This document shows, in pieces, positions 1-8,710 of a DNA stretch of 46,341 bases. The translations under genes were made by a program, and so were the position numbers. The notes beneath the pieces were generated by a model. It was given only the letters and a program-made list of their open reading frames with translations. It did not search any database and had not been told where the DNA came from. Within the stretch, counting starts at the first letter, position 1. Every line of letters starts with the position of its first letter. The stretch lies in the IMG/VR virus record IMGVR_UViG_3300016665_000445, positions 1 through 46,341 of that record. One strand, given 5' to 3'. Origin of the DNA: a virus. Taxonomy: Duplodnaviria > Caudoviricetes.

Positions 1-308
1 TTAAATGTATCTATATTTGAAGGCATTTCTTTCTTATAGATATCTTTCTCATTGAGAAGATATCGTTCAGCTATACCATGTACAGATGTACCTCTCCTGC
101 CTGCTTGAACAGTGATTTTGGTAGCTTCATCTTCCCCTACACGTTTACGCCACTCATACAAAGCAGTCTTATCAGTTTTCTCTGATAAGACTGTTGTAAC
201 AGATTTGAATTTTTCACCAGATGGTAAGGCATAATATCTTTTGCCATCTATCATCTGTTGTTTCAGATCTATGGGATCAACTAATTTATGTAAGAAGGTT
301 TTTCTCAT
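1..308 (-). CDS. Cas4-like/PD-(D/E)XK exonuclease of T4-like phages (N-terminal part; runs off window)
   Basis: Hand translation MRKTFLHKLVDPIDLKQQMIDGKRYYALPSGEKFKSVTTVLS...EWRKRVGEDEA...RRGTSVH; ATG overlaps phoH stop (ATGA). Confidence 0.8.
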   Translation of the reverse strand, partial: MRKTFLHKLVDPIDLKQQMIDGKRYYALPSGEKFKSVTTVLSEKTDKTALYEWRKRVGEDEATKITVQAGRRGTSVHGIAERYLLNEKDIYKKEMPSNIDTF

Positions 309-1039
309 GCTATAATGTTCATTCTATCTTTCTGTATAATATATTCTTTTACCAAAGCACTTCTGACTATATCATTAGCATTAAAATCGACGAAAGTAAA
401 TTGTTTCATATTCTGAATTATTTTAATAAAATCATGTAAACCATTACGTTCATGATCTTTAGAAAAGTCTGATTGTCTGAAATCTCCACAGAATATGATT
501 TTACAATTTTTACCTATTCTTGTTATAACAGAATCTAACTCATGTAAAGTACAATTCGCCATTTCATCTACTATAATAATAGAATCATTAAAGGTTATTC
601 CTCGAATAAATGAAGTAGTAGTGAATTCTACAATGTTTTTCATCTTCAAATATTCATAGGAATCTGAACGATCAAAAAGCTCCGTACAAATTGCATAGTA
701 CGGAGCTTCATAAACTTTTGATTTTTCTTTAGAATTTCCTGGAAGAAACCCCATATCTCTTGTAGGAACTACAGATCTGATAATGTATAATTTTTTGTAT
801 ATAGAGTTTTCATTTAATATTTCTCTAAGAGATAAGTATAAAGATATGAAACTTTTTCCTGTTCCTGCAATACCATGCAGCATAAGATTTTTGCCTTGAT
901 CAAAGGCAGAATAAACTAATTTTTGATTATGTGTTAAAGGTTCTATATGTTTTAATTTAAAATTAAGTTTATTATTTTGTTCATTTTGATTTTGTCTAAT
1001 GAGTCTTCTTTGTTTTTTTGAAATTTTTTTAGTATCCAT
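305..1039 (-). CDS. phoH: PhoH-family ATPase
   Basis: Walker A GIAGTGKS, MGFLPG, FIRGITF, IIVDE, TRIG..CKIIFCGDFRQSD, DIVRS. Confidence 0.95.
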   Translation of the reverse strand: MDTKKISKKQRRLIRQNQNEQNNKLNFKLKHIEPLTHNQKLVYSAFDQGKNLMLHGIAGTGKSFISLYLSLREILNENSIYKKLYIIRSVVPTRDMGFLPGNSKEKSKVYEAPYYAICTELFDRSDSYEYLKMKNIVEFTTTSFIRGITFNDSIIIVDEMANCTLHELDSVITRIGKNCKIIFCGDFRQSDFSKDHERNGLHDFIKIIQNMKQFTFVDFNANDIVRSALVKEYIIQKDRMNIIA

Positions 1040-1048
1040 TAAACCTCT

Positions 1049-1291
1049 TTAAAATGTATTAATTGTGCTCTTTGTAATTCCTTTAGAATGTTTCTTTTTC
1101 ATATCTTTAAGAAGGTCACGAAATCCTGAATCAGGTTTTTTCAAACCTGATCCAGAATGAATTAAAGGTGCACCATTGACCAATTGAGTAATGTGAGGGT
1201 TATCACGAAGATAACCATCTAATGAAGAGATAGACATAAACTCTTCATATTCTTCATTTGTTTGATTATTTAAAAATCTATATGTTGGCAA
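1049..1291 (-). CDS. Conserved small T4-like protein (FmdB-like N-terminus MPTYRF)
   Basis: TTG start with GGAGA SD; MPTYxF...KPDSGFRDLLK pattern typical of the gene next to phoH in T4-like phages. Confidence 0.6.
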   Translation of the reverse strand: MPTYRFLNNQTNEEYEEFMSISSLDGYLRDNPHITQLVNGAPLIHSGSGLKKPDSGFRDLLKDMKKKHSKGITKSTINTF

Positions 1292-1301
1292 TTATTGTCT
1301 C

Positions 1302-1475
1302 CTATACATCATCATCATATTCCATGAGTTTCCTAATATCTTTAGTTTTAATAGCAGCATTTAATCTTTTTTGACGACGTTTATGTTTCCTTTCTTCATT
1401 ATATTTAGAGAAAGAAATTTCTTCGTCTTGATCGTAATGATCTGAATTATAGCGGGTATTTTTTGATTTACTCAT
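1302..1475 (-). CDS. Small hypothetical protein (57 aa, not in ORF track)
   Basis: MSKSKNTRYNSDHYDQDEEISFSKYNEERKHKRRQKRLNAAIKTKDIRKLMEYDDDV; fills the gap between neighbouring genes. Confidence 0.6.
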   Translation of the reverse strand: MSKSKNTRYNSDHYDQDEEISFSKYNEERKHKRRQKRLNAAIKTKDIRKLMEYDDDV

Positions 1476-1887
1476 TTGGGATTAGTCCTGGAAAAGCCTC
1501 TTTTACGTGGAATGATGTGATGCCATTAAAGGGTAGCTTTTTTTCTTTGATAGCACAAAGAAGTTCAGCATCTTTAGGGGCAACTGCTTCTAGTAATTCT
1601 ATGAACATCATCTCCCTTTTTGTTTGAGGAAGTTCATGGAATCCTTCAATGAAGTACAAGATTTTCCTTACTTCATTGATTAGTATATGCTCTTGATCAA
1701 CTAATTCATTAGGTTTATATGGAGGTGTTCCTTCTGGAAGCAACCATTTTACCTTTGGATCAAAAGCACCTTGTAGAATGACACGCAATACATAACTATC
1801 ATTTGCTTTTAGAGCATCAATCTTCTCCTGTGTCTTTCTAAGTTTACCTACTTTTTCTAAAAATTCAGAGACTGCTACTTGTGGCAT
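1468..1887 (-). CDS. Conserved hypothetical T4-like protein
   Basis: LPEGTPPYKP and KREMMFIELLE motifs; adjacent to rnh. Confidence 0.6.
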   Translation of the reverse strand: MPQVAVSEFLEKVGKLRKTQEKIDALKANDSYVLRVILQGAFDPKVKWLLPEGTPPYKPNELVDQEHILINEVRKILYFIEGFHELPQTKREMMFIELLEAVAPKDAELLCAIKEKKLPFNGITSFHVKEAFPGLIPNE

Positions 1888-2724
1888 TTAAAACTCCATC
1901 ATATGTTCAGTTAGATTTTTAAGTTTATTTGAAATAAAATAATTTAATAATTTAGACCTATCTTTAATAGGTTGATTATTAAATTCGTACATTACTTTTT
2001 CTTGGATATTTTGTGGAACCATAGATAAATCAATTAGTTGTTTATTACGATCATAGTTTCTCTGAACTGTTTCATCATCTATCACTTCCATGAGTTTGTC
2101 AAGTCTTTTCTTGGTGATGGGTTTTTGTCTTTCACCAATAACTAAACAATTATCAGAAGATAGAACATTAGGAATACCATCACCAAAGTCACCTTTGATG
2201 ATATGTTCTTTCAAGAACAGAGAAGGATTGTTATGAGTAATCCATGTTTTATTAACTGGATCATATTGTTTTACATTTTTATATTTATGTAATTGAATAA
2301 AATCTTTATCCATAGATAAAATCAAAATATTTTCATCATCTAAATTATTCATAACTAGTGTGGCAATAATATCGTCTGCTTCAGCAGTTTCAATATTAAT
2401 TACTTTATATGGAAAAAATTCTTTTAATTCTGAACGTAATTTATTCATTACTTCAAAAATACTTTTCCAATCTAATTCAGATTTTTCAATATTTTTCTTA
2501 CGATTAGCTTTATAATATGGAAATATTTTCTTTCGCCAGTAATTAGTATTATCACATGCGATAATCATTTCTCCATATTCATTTGAATATTTTTGTTTAT
2601 ATGATCTGATAGAATTTAAGACCATATGACGAACCATATTTTCTTCTATTTTAGAATTGGTATGATTACCAATTTGTTTTAGAAGATTTGATAACATCAC
2701 TTGATTAAAGTCAACAATAATCAT
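1888..2724 (-). CDS. rnh: T4-type RNase H (5'-3' exonuclease)
   Basis: IIVDFNQ, WRKKIFPYYKANRK, EADDIIA, SMDKDFIQL, GDFGDGIPN. Confidence 0.93.
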   Translation of the reverse strand: MIIVDFNQVMLSNLLKQIGNHTNSKIEENMVRHMVLNSIRSYKQKYSNEYGEMIIACDNTNYWRKKIFPYYKANRKKNIEKSELDWKSIFEVMNKLRSELKEFFPYKVINIETAEADDIIATLVMNNLDDENILILSMDKDFIQLHKYKNVKQYDPVNKTWITHNNPSLFLKEHIIKGDFGDGIPNVLSSDNCLVIGERQKPITKKRLDKLMEVIDDETVQRNYDRNKQLIDLSMVPQNIQEKVMYEFNNQPIKDRSKLLNYFISNKLKNLTEHMMEF

Positions 2725-2725
2725 T

Positions 2726-3112
2726 TTATGAATCTTTGTTTATATCTTGTTTAAATTCTATTAATAATTTAGGTTTAATTTTGAATTCATTATCTACTTC
2801 AGTTTCTTCAAATACTTCATTTGATATATCCTGAAATGGATGATAAATGTCATAATGTTTAAGCAAGAATGCTTTAATAGCTTCAACTATCAAAGCACCA
2901 TCTTTAATATTTATGTTTGATTTGGTTTCATCATCATCTATTAGAAATCCTGCCAATTCAATATTATTGAATAGTATTGGTATAACTAGGGCAAGTGTTT
3001 CTCCTATATGATTATACTTAACCATAGTGAGATTATTTTCAATCTCATCTGGTTCTATTTTCCTCATATTATTTTTATGAGGAAAAGAAATAATATTATT
3101 TGTGTTTTCCAT
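2726..3112 (-). CDS. Hypothetical protein
   Basis: 128-aa ORF in operon context; NNIISFP start. Confidence 0.6.
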   Translation of the reverse strand: MENTNNIISFPHKNNMRKIEPDEIENNLTMVKYNHIGETLALVIPILFNNIELAGFLIDDDETKSNINIKDGALIVEAIKAFLLKHYDIYHPFQDISNEVFEETEVDNEFKIKPKLLIEFKQDINKDS

Positions 3113-3136
3113 ATGCTATATGTACCTTATTAGGAT

Positions 3137-4123
3137 CTATGTGTCAATAGCTATCTTGCTTCCATGATTATAAAATTTAAAATCGAAAACTTTACATTCT
3201 GTGTTTTTTGTCAATTCATAACGAACATTTTCTTGTTTGTCTAAAGGAACATAGAATATAAAAAATCCACCTCCTCCTGCACCTAATAATTTCCCTCCTA
3301 GAGCACCAGAGTTAAGTGCTTTATCATATATATCTTCAAAATAATCTTGTGTTATTTCAGATACTATTCTTTTTTTATCTAACCATGCATCATGCAATAA
3401 AGAACCAAACGAATCTAAATCACCCCTCAAATAATATTTTTGTGCTTGATATGCTTTATCTCTACCTTTAGCAATAAGTTTAAATTTATTAATATCTTCA
3501 GATGCTTCTTTTTGTTTTTGTAAAATTTTATTAGCAGATCTACCTTTACCTGAATATACTAATAATAATTTTTTTTCTAATTTAACCCAATTATCGTTGA
3601 ATGGTAATCTGTTTATAGATACATCACCATTCATTTTAAATTCAAAAAGATTAAATCCTCCATATGATGCAGCATATTGATCTTGTTTTCCTACAGGAAA
3701 ATTACATTTATTCATTTCTATATCACATGCAATTCTAGCATTATCTTCAGATTCTAAGATTTGTTCACTCTTTAACTTATATAATGCTTTAGTAAGTCCT
3801 ACAGTAAATGCAGAAGAAGAACCTAATCCTGATCCTTTGGATAATATATCTGATATAGAAGCAACAGTAATCTCTTTGGTTATATCAAAATATTTAAGAC
3901 ATTCTTTGGTAATACCATTTTGCATAACAGATATATCAAATGATTCTTCAATAGAATCATACATAGTTTTTATACCAATATTAGGTGTTTTGTGAATACA
4001 AACATATATGAATTTATCTATAGTAACAGATAATGCTGCACCAGATTCTTTTTCATAAAAGGATGGTAAATCCGATCCTCCTGAAAAGAAAGATATTCTC
4101 AAAGGGGTTTTAGTTACAATCAT
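3137..4123 (-). CDS. hddA: GHMP kinase, D-glycero-alpha-D-manno-heptose-7-phosphate kinase type
   Basis: TPLRISFFSGGSD, GSGLGSSSA, VGKQDQYAASYGG, GGKLLGAGGGGF; clustered with gmhA/gmhB. Confidence 0.88.
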   Translation of the reverse strand: MIVTKTPLRISFFSGGSDLPSFYEKESGAALSVTIDKFIYVCIHKTPNIGIKTMYDSIEESFDISVMQNGITKECLKYFDITKEITVASISDILSKGSGLGSSSAFTVGLTKALYKLKSEQILESEDNARIACDIEMNKCNFPVGKQDQYAASYGGFNLFEFKMNGDVSINRLPFNDNWVKLEKKLLLVYSGKGRSANKILQKQKEASEDINKFKLIAKGRDKAYQAQKYYLRGDLDSFGSLLHDAWLDKKRIVSEITQDYFEDIYDKALNSGALGGKLLGAGGGGFFIFYVPLDKQENVRYELTKNTECKVFDFKFYNHGSKIAIDT

Positions 4124-4125
4124 AA

Positions 4126-5136
4126 TTAAGTCCTATAAACAAACATTTCTTTTGGTTTTTGTCTACTTTCTTCAGTAGGATACATCTTTAATAAATCATT
4201 CAACATAACTTCCCATTTGTTTTTAATTAAATCAATTGAATATCTTGAATCAACATATGTTTTATTAAATTTAATTATATTTTTATGTTCATTATTTTTA
4301 ACAAAATCTATAGCTGCTGCTAGATGATTACCAAATACTTGAGCATGTTTGTTCATATCTGCATCACCATGATACATGATATTCAACGCTCCAGAGGTTT
4401 CTGGCAAGGCACCATAGTTTGGATGGACACACACTAGACCGGCTGACATAGCCTCTAGCATGGCTCTACAGCTTGTTTCTATCCAGGTACATGGATATGC
4501 GAAGATATGGCACTTGTTTAGATGTTCCTTTAGTTGATCATTAGGAACAAACCCATGATATGTCATATTAGGATGATTGCGAATACGATCATATAGAGGT
4601 TCAAATTGTTTATCTGCTTCATCCCATCCATAAATTTTGAATGAAGAGAATACATCCAAATGTATATTATCAATTTTTTCTGAAATTTTTTCAAATACAG
4701 GAACTAAAATTTCCAATCCACGTTGTGGTGTAGATGTATAAACTAATCTAATCTTTTCTTTATCTTTTTTATCAAAAATATCTTCTACATTTAATGCTCC
4801 AAATGCAGGTTCAATTCCTGATTCAAGAATAATAGATTTATTATCATATGGAAATCCATGAATCAATTGATATCTTTGGTATTGCCAATTTGAAATGAAA
4901 ACAAATTTATGAAAAGAATTTCTAAAATCTTCATTTTTAAATTTTTTAGATTCTGGATCTTCTGGTAAATCATGTGCCCAAAAGATTCTAATTTTTTTAT
5001 AATCTAATTCACGAACTCTTGATGATATAATCTGAAAATTTTCTAATAGATTAGGATCTATTATTTGAGCTAATTTACGTTTAGCAATTTCAGTACCACC
5101 GTTAGCATTTTTTGATATTTCATTTTCTTCAAACAT
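4126..5136 (-). CDS. GT-B fold glycosyltransferase (GT4-like), candidate heptosyltransferase
   Basis: GGTE N-terminal loop, WAHD, YTSTPQRGL, FAYP...ETSCRAMLEAMSAG (E-x7-E), GALPET. Confidence 0.85.
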   Translation of the reverse strand: MFEENEISKNANGGTEIAKRKLAQIIDPNLLENFQIISSRVRELDYKKIRIFWAHDLPEDPESKKFKNEDFRNSFHKFVFISNWQYQRYQLIHGFPYDNKSIILESGIEPAFGALNVEDIFDKKDKEKIRLVYTSTPQRGLEILVPVFEKISEKIDNIHLDVFSSFKIYGWDEADKQFEPLYDRIRNHPNMTYHGFVPNDQLKEHLNKCHIFAYPCTWIETSCRAMLEAMSAGLVCVHPNYGALPETSGALNIMYHGDADMNKHAQVFGNHLAAAIDFVKNNEHKNIIKFNKTYVDSRYSIDLIKNKWEVMLNDLLKMYPTEESRQKPKEMFVYRT

Positions 5137-5138
5137 TA

Positions 5139-5867
5139 TTATTCAATCCTATATCCAGAAGCCAATGCATCATTATAAAACATTTGAACAGTTTCTTTTG
5201 AAAATTCTGTTAAATCTTTACCAAATTTTTCAACTTTAGCAATTAAATCAGGAGTCATAGTAATAATATCTGCTCCTGAATAATATGCATCTATATAATT
5301 AAATGCTTCTCTAGGAGATGCCCATAATATTTCTGTTCTTGGATTATTTTTTATTTGTACTGCTCTTTTAATAGTAACTTTAGGATCTACTCCTGCATCA
5401 GCAATACGTCCAGAAAAAATAGATATAATAGAAGGAACGTCTTTAACTAATACATCTGATAGAGGATATATTTGACCATATGTAAATACAGCAGTTACAT
5501 TAACTTTAATATTTTCATCATGTAATCTTTTAATTAAATCTAATGTAGAATTACCATTTGTGGTCATGATAGGAATTTTAATATAAACAGGATAATTAAA
5601 ATCTTCTGCCCAAGAATTTATAATTGTTGCTTGTTCATACATTTCATTAAGTTCATCAGCAAATACTTCAAGACTTAAACAAGTATCTGGACGATTGTTT
5701 GAAAGATACGAAATAGTTTCTATGGCAAAATCTTTATAATTAGTTATTCCCGCTTGTTTCATTAATGTAGGATTAGTAGTAAATCCTGATATTTTTTTAT
5801 TTTCAGCGGCTTTTTTTATTCCTAGTAAATCTGCACCATCAGAAAAAAGTTTTATTCTAATATTCAT
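5139..5867 (-). CDS. tal: Transaldolase (small TalC/FSA-family fold)
   Basis: GFTTNPT, Schiff-base YIKIP, NVTAVFT; Glu in SLEV and Phe in SIFSGR favour transaldolase over FSA. Confidence 0.9.
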   Translation of the reverse strand: MNIRIKLFSDGADLLGIKKAAENKKISGFTTNPTLMKQAGITNYKDFAIETISYLSNNRPDTCLSLEVFADELNEMYEQATIINSWAEDFNYPVYIKIPIMTTNGNSTLDLIKRLHDENIKVNVTAVFTYGQIYPLSDVLVKDVPSIISIFSGRIADAGVDPKVTIKRAVQIKNNPRTEILWASPREAFNYIDAYYSGADIITMTPDLIAKVEKFGKDLTEFSKETVQMFYNDALASGYRIE

Positions 5868-6394
5868 TTTGTTCTATCCTTAATATATTTACACGCATCA
5901 TTCAAATTTTTAGCGAAAAAATTAGGTTGTATATTATCTACATTGAAAGGAGGATTGAATTCATTTCCTATATATACAGTTTTAAGTTTACTAGCATGAC
6001 CACAAAATATATCTTTCCATGAATCACCTACAAAGTAACTCTTATCTCTATTTATTGAATAATTATCAATGATGATTTCTACCAAATTATTATTAGGTTT
6101 ATAATATATAGAGTCTCTTCTCATAAGACAAAATATATTATCTACATCAAATTCGCTTTTTATCTTTTTGTTAATTAATTTCAATTCAGATAATTTTAAA
6201 TTACCATCTAATACATCTGGTTGATTAGTTATAATAAATATTTTATAATTTAATTTTTTTAAAATATCTATAGATTTTTTAGGGTTATCAATATATTTAA
6301 ATTCATTTAATGACCAGGGTGCGGTATACCTATCATTATGAACAATTAAGTTATTGATAACCCCATCTCTATCTAAGAAAACAGCTTTTGACAT
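5864..6394 (-). CDS. gmhB: D,D-heptose 1,7-bisphosphate phosphatase (HAD IIIA)
   Basis: AVFLDRDGVIN, ITNQPD, KP, FVGDSWKD. Confidence 0.88.
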   Translation of the reverse strand: MSKAVFLDRDGVINNLIVHNDRYTAPWSLNEFKYIDNPKKSIDILKKLNYKIFIITNQPDVLDGNLKLSELKLINKKIKSEFDVDNIFCLMRRDSIYYKPNNNLVEIIIDNYSINRDKSYFVGDSWKDIFCGHASKLKTVYIGNEFNPPFNVDNIQPNFFAKNLNDACKYIKDRTK

Positions 6395-6397
6395 GAG

Positions 6398-6982
6398 TTA
6401 CCATTTAGTTTTATTTACTTTAATAAGAGGATGAGAAACGATACAATGCCAAATAACTGATTGGAAAGATTCTGAATGAGGAGTAATTCTATCAGGGTTT
6501 GGGGAAGGAACAACTACTACTGCATCTGCATTTAGAGCAGTATATCCATCTGGTTTACCAACTATACCTAATACTGTTCCTTCTTTTTCTTTTACATATT
6601 CGATAGCTTTAATCAAATTAACAGATACATTTTTTTCTTTATCTCCTCCTCCTACAGATAGGATGAAGATTGTATCACAACAAGTGAATCTACAATTTTT
6701 TAAATATTCAACAAATATAGTATCGAATCCTTCATCATTAGTTCTAGCAGTTAACTCAGACACATTATCTGTTGGTGCATATGATTCAATATCACATAAT
6801 TTACGTAGATCATTAACCATATGAGAGGCATTACCGGCAGAACCACCAACACCTAAAATAAACATTCTTCCTTTGAGTTTTTTAGTTTGTTCAATATGTT
6901 CTACTAATTGTTCGATTTGTTTTAAATCAATTGTGTTACAAATTTGACTAGCTTCCATCATATATGTCGCAATAAAATTCAT
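6398..6982 (-). CDS. gmhA: Phosphoheptose (sedoheptulose-7-P) isomerase, SIS domain
   Basis: GVGGSAGNASHMVND, TARTND.GF..IF, LSVGG, E..Q...H. Confidence 0.88.
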   Translation of the reverse strand: MNFIATYMMEASQICNTIDLKQIEQLVEHIEQTKKLKGRMFILGVGGSAGNASHMVNDLRKLCDIESYAPTDNVSELTARTNDEGFDTIFVEYLKNCRFTCCDTIFILSVGGGDKEKNVSVNLIKAIEYVKEKEGTVLGIVGKPDGYTALNADAVVVVPSPNPDRITPHSESFQSVIWHCIVSHPLIKVNKTKW

Positions 6983-7398
6983 TTTTTTTCTACCCTTTTT
7001 CTCAAATTAGAAGAACTATAATTATGCATTCTTGATGTATGTAAAATTTTAATATTTCTATTATTACAATAATCTTCACCTGTTATTTTAAGACCCATAT
7101 ATTCTTGGCCTACAAAACGAATATTTATATTTTCTATAGCCATAATATTTTCTAGATCTTTTTCTGTATCATAAGGAATAATTTCATCTACATATTTACA
7201 TCCTTTTAATTGTAAAAATCTTTCATATGTAGTTTGAATAGGTTTATTTTTTGATAACCTATCTATCGTAGGATCTGTTTGTAATCCTACGATAAGATAA
7301 TCACATTTTGTTTTACATTCTTGTAACATAACATAATGTCCAGAATGAAGCAAATCAAAAGCACCACAAGTAAAACCAATTTTCATAATTTTCCTCAA
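6979..7398 (-). CDS. Cytidylyltransferase-like nucleotidyltransferase (TagD/HldC superfamily)
   Basis: GAFDLLHSGH (HxGH), LIVGLQTD, KP...ER, YVDE, R...YSSS.LR. Confidence 0.85.
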   Translation of the reverse strand: MRKIMKIGFTCGAFDLLHSGHYVMLQECKTKCDYLIVGLQTDPTIDRLSKNKPIQTTYERFLQLKGCKYVDEIIPYDTEKDLENIMAIENINIRFVGQEYMGLKITGEDYCNNRNIKILHTSRMHNYSSSNLRKRVEKK

Positions 7399-7655
7399 TA
7401 ACTATCAATAATTTGTAAATACTTAACGGTATTTAAATCAAATTTTTTCCATTGATTTAATCTAACATCCCATGCTATGACATATTCATTTAGTTCAGAA
7501 TTAAAAGAGGTTTCATCTTTTTTAATATCTTGTTCATAAGAGGGAGGTAATAGGTCAGGTTTTAATGTTAATCTTTTAGTAGGATCATTTGAAAATGTTA
7601 CTTCAATAACATAATCTCTCAAATCTTTTACAATAACTTCTTTTTTATGCACCAT
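7395..7655 (-). CDS. Small SH3/Sm-like (WYL_2-type) phage protein
   Basis: VIEVTF...RLTLKPDLLP...WDV...WKKF pattern; start moved to the ATG with AGGAG SD. Confidence 0.5.
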   Translation of the reverse strand: MVHKKEVIVKDLRDYVIEVTFSNDPTKRLTLKPDLLPPSYEQDIKKDETSFNSELNEYVIAWDVRLNQWKKFDLNTVKYLQIIDSY

Positions 7656-7902
7656 TCCATTCTCCTGTAGACATATATTTATTTTCAAATTCAGCTTTTA
7701 AGTCTGAAAATCCACCTATAAATTTTTCGTCAATTAGAATAACAGGATATGTTTTAGCAGAAGGAATTTTATTTAATAGGTCTTCTCTACTAAAATCTTC
7801 ACCCAATTTATACTCAACATATTCAATCATATTTTCATGAAGAAATTTTTTAGCATGAACACAATATGAACAATTAGGTTTTGTATAAATTTCTATTTTC
7901 AT
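7645..7902 (-). CDS. grx: Glutaredoxin
   Basis: IYTKPNCSYC, TYPVI, IGGFSDL; start at MKIEIY with GAGG SD. Confidence 0.92.
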   Translation of the reverse strand: MKIEIYTKPNCSYCVHAKKFLHENMIEYVEYKLGEDFSREDLLNKIPSAKTYPVILIDEKFIGGFSDLKAEFENKYMSTGEWNGA

Positions 7903-8003
7903 CCTAACCTCTCTTTCCAATAACGAATAATATCATCTTTATCTAATGGGTTATATCCATTTTTTAACATATCCCAATTTACTAAAATTTCTAAATTACT
8001 CAT
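7899..8003 (-). CDS. Small hypothetical protein (34 aa, not in ORF track)
   Basis: MSNLEILVNWDMLKNGYNPLDKDDIIRYWKERLG; ATGA overlaps with both neighbours. Confidence 0.65.
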   Translation of the reverse strand: MSNLEILVNWDMLKNGYNPLDKDDIIRYWKERLG

Positions 8004-8698
8004 TTTGTCCTCTTATATGATGCTTTAATATTTCCTTTTTCTAAGATTTCAAATCCATTAGGAAATAGATATTCTTTTTCAATCATATCATGATTATACA
8101 TCCAAATATCATCATAAACAAATACTGATCCAACGTTTGTTCTTTTAACAAAAAAATTAGTTTCACGAATAACTGCATCATCATCATGCGGACCATCAAA
8201 GAATACTAATGAATATGTATTTTCTAATTTTTTATATTCTTCGTATACTGGCACACCATCTGCATATCTAAGGAAGAATTCTGTATCTTCTAAACAAAAG
8301 AATGTAAAATTCAATCCTGCTTGATATGCATAATAATATAAAGATGGAATTGTACGATTTCTCATTCCATTATCATAATCGAATTTATGAGGAGATGTAA
8401 TTTCTTTAGAAGTAGGATCACCTTCAATTTTGGTGCCTGGATAATGTACAGTCATATTTAAATTAGTACATTGAATTTCAATATTTCCATAGGGATCAAT
8501 ACAAAACATTGAACGTTTTGTATCTCCATTAGTTACTAATTCATCAATAATCATTTTAGCAGAACCACCTCTACGGGTTCCAATTTCAACTACTGCCCCT
8601 TCTACTCCTTTAATAGAAGAAGCAGCATTCATTAGTATTTCATATTCTTGTGAATCAACTTGAAATACTTCATCTGTAGAAAATCTAATAATTGCCAT
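8000..8698 (-). CDS. Class I SAM-dependent methyltransferase (TylF/Methyltransf_24-like)
   Basis: VVEIGTRRGGSA, IDPY, VFFDGPH, G.VFVYDD. Confidence 0.8.
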   Translation of the reverse strand: MAIIRFSTDEVFQVDSQEYEILMNAASSIKGVEGAVVEIGTRRGGSAKMIIDELVTNGDTKRSMFCIDPYGNIEIQCTNLNMTVHYPGTKIEGDPTSKEITSPHKFDYDNGMRNRTIPSLYYYAYQAGLNFTFFCLEDTEFFLRYADGVPVYEEYKKLENTYSLVFFDGPHDDDAVIRETNFFVKRTNVGSVFVYDDIWMYNHDMIEKEYLFPNGFEILEKGNIKASYKRTK

Positions 8699-8710
8699 AA
8701 TTTACCTCAA

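Noticed and set aside
1-308. Cas4 as evidence of a CRISPR-Cas system
   Set aside because: Stand-alone Cas4-like exonucleases are routine next to phoH in T4-like phages; no array or other cas genes here.
3137-7398. Host LPS/capsule island or chimeric assembly
   Set aside because: Same strand, AT content and tight gene coupling as the flanking T4-like genes; no transporter, integrase or junction repeats seen.
3137-7398. Firm claim that the phage DNA is heptosylated
   Set aside because: No hydroxymethylase or other base-acceptor enzyme is visible in this window, so the acceptor stays undetermined.
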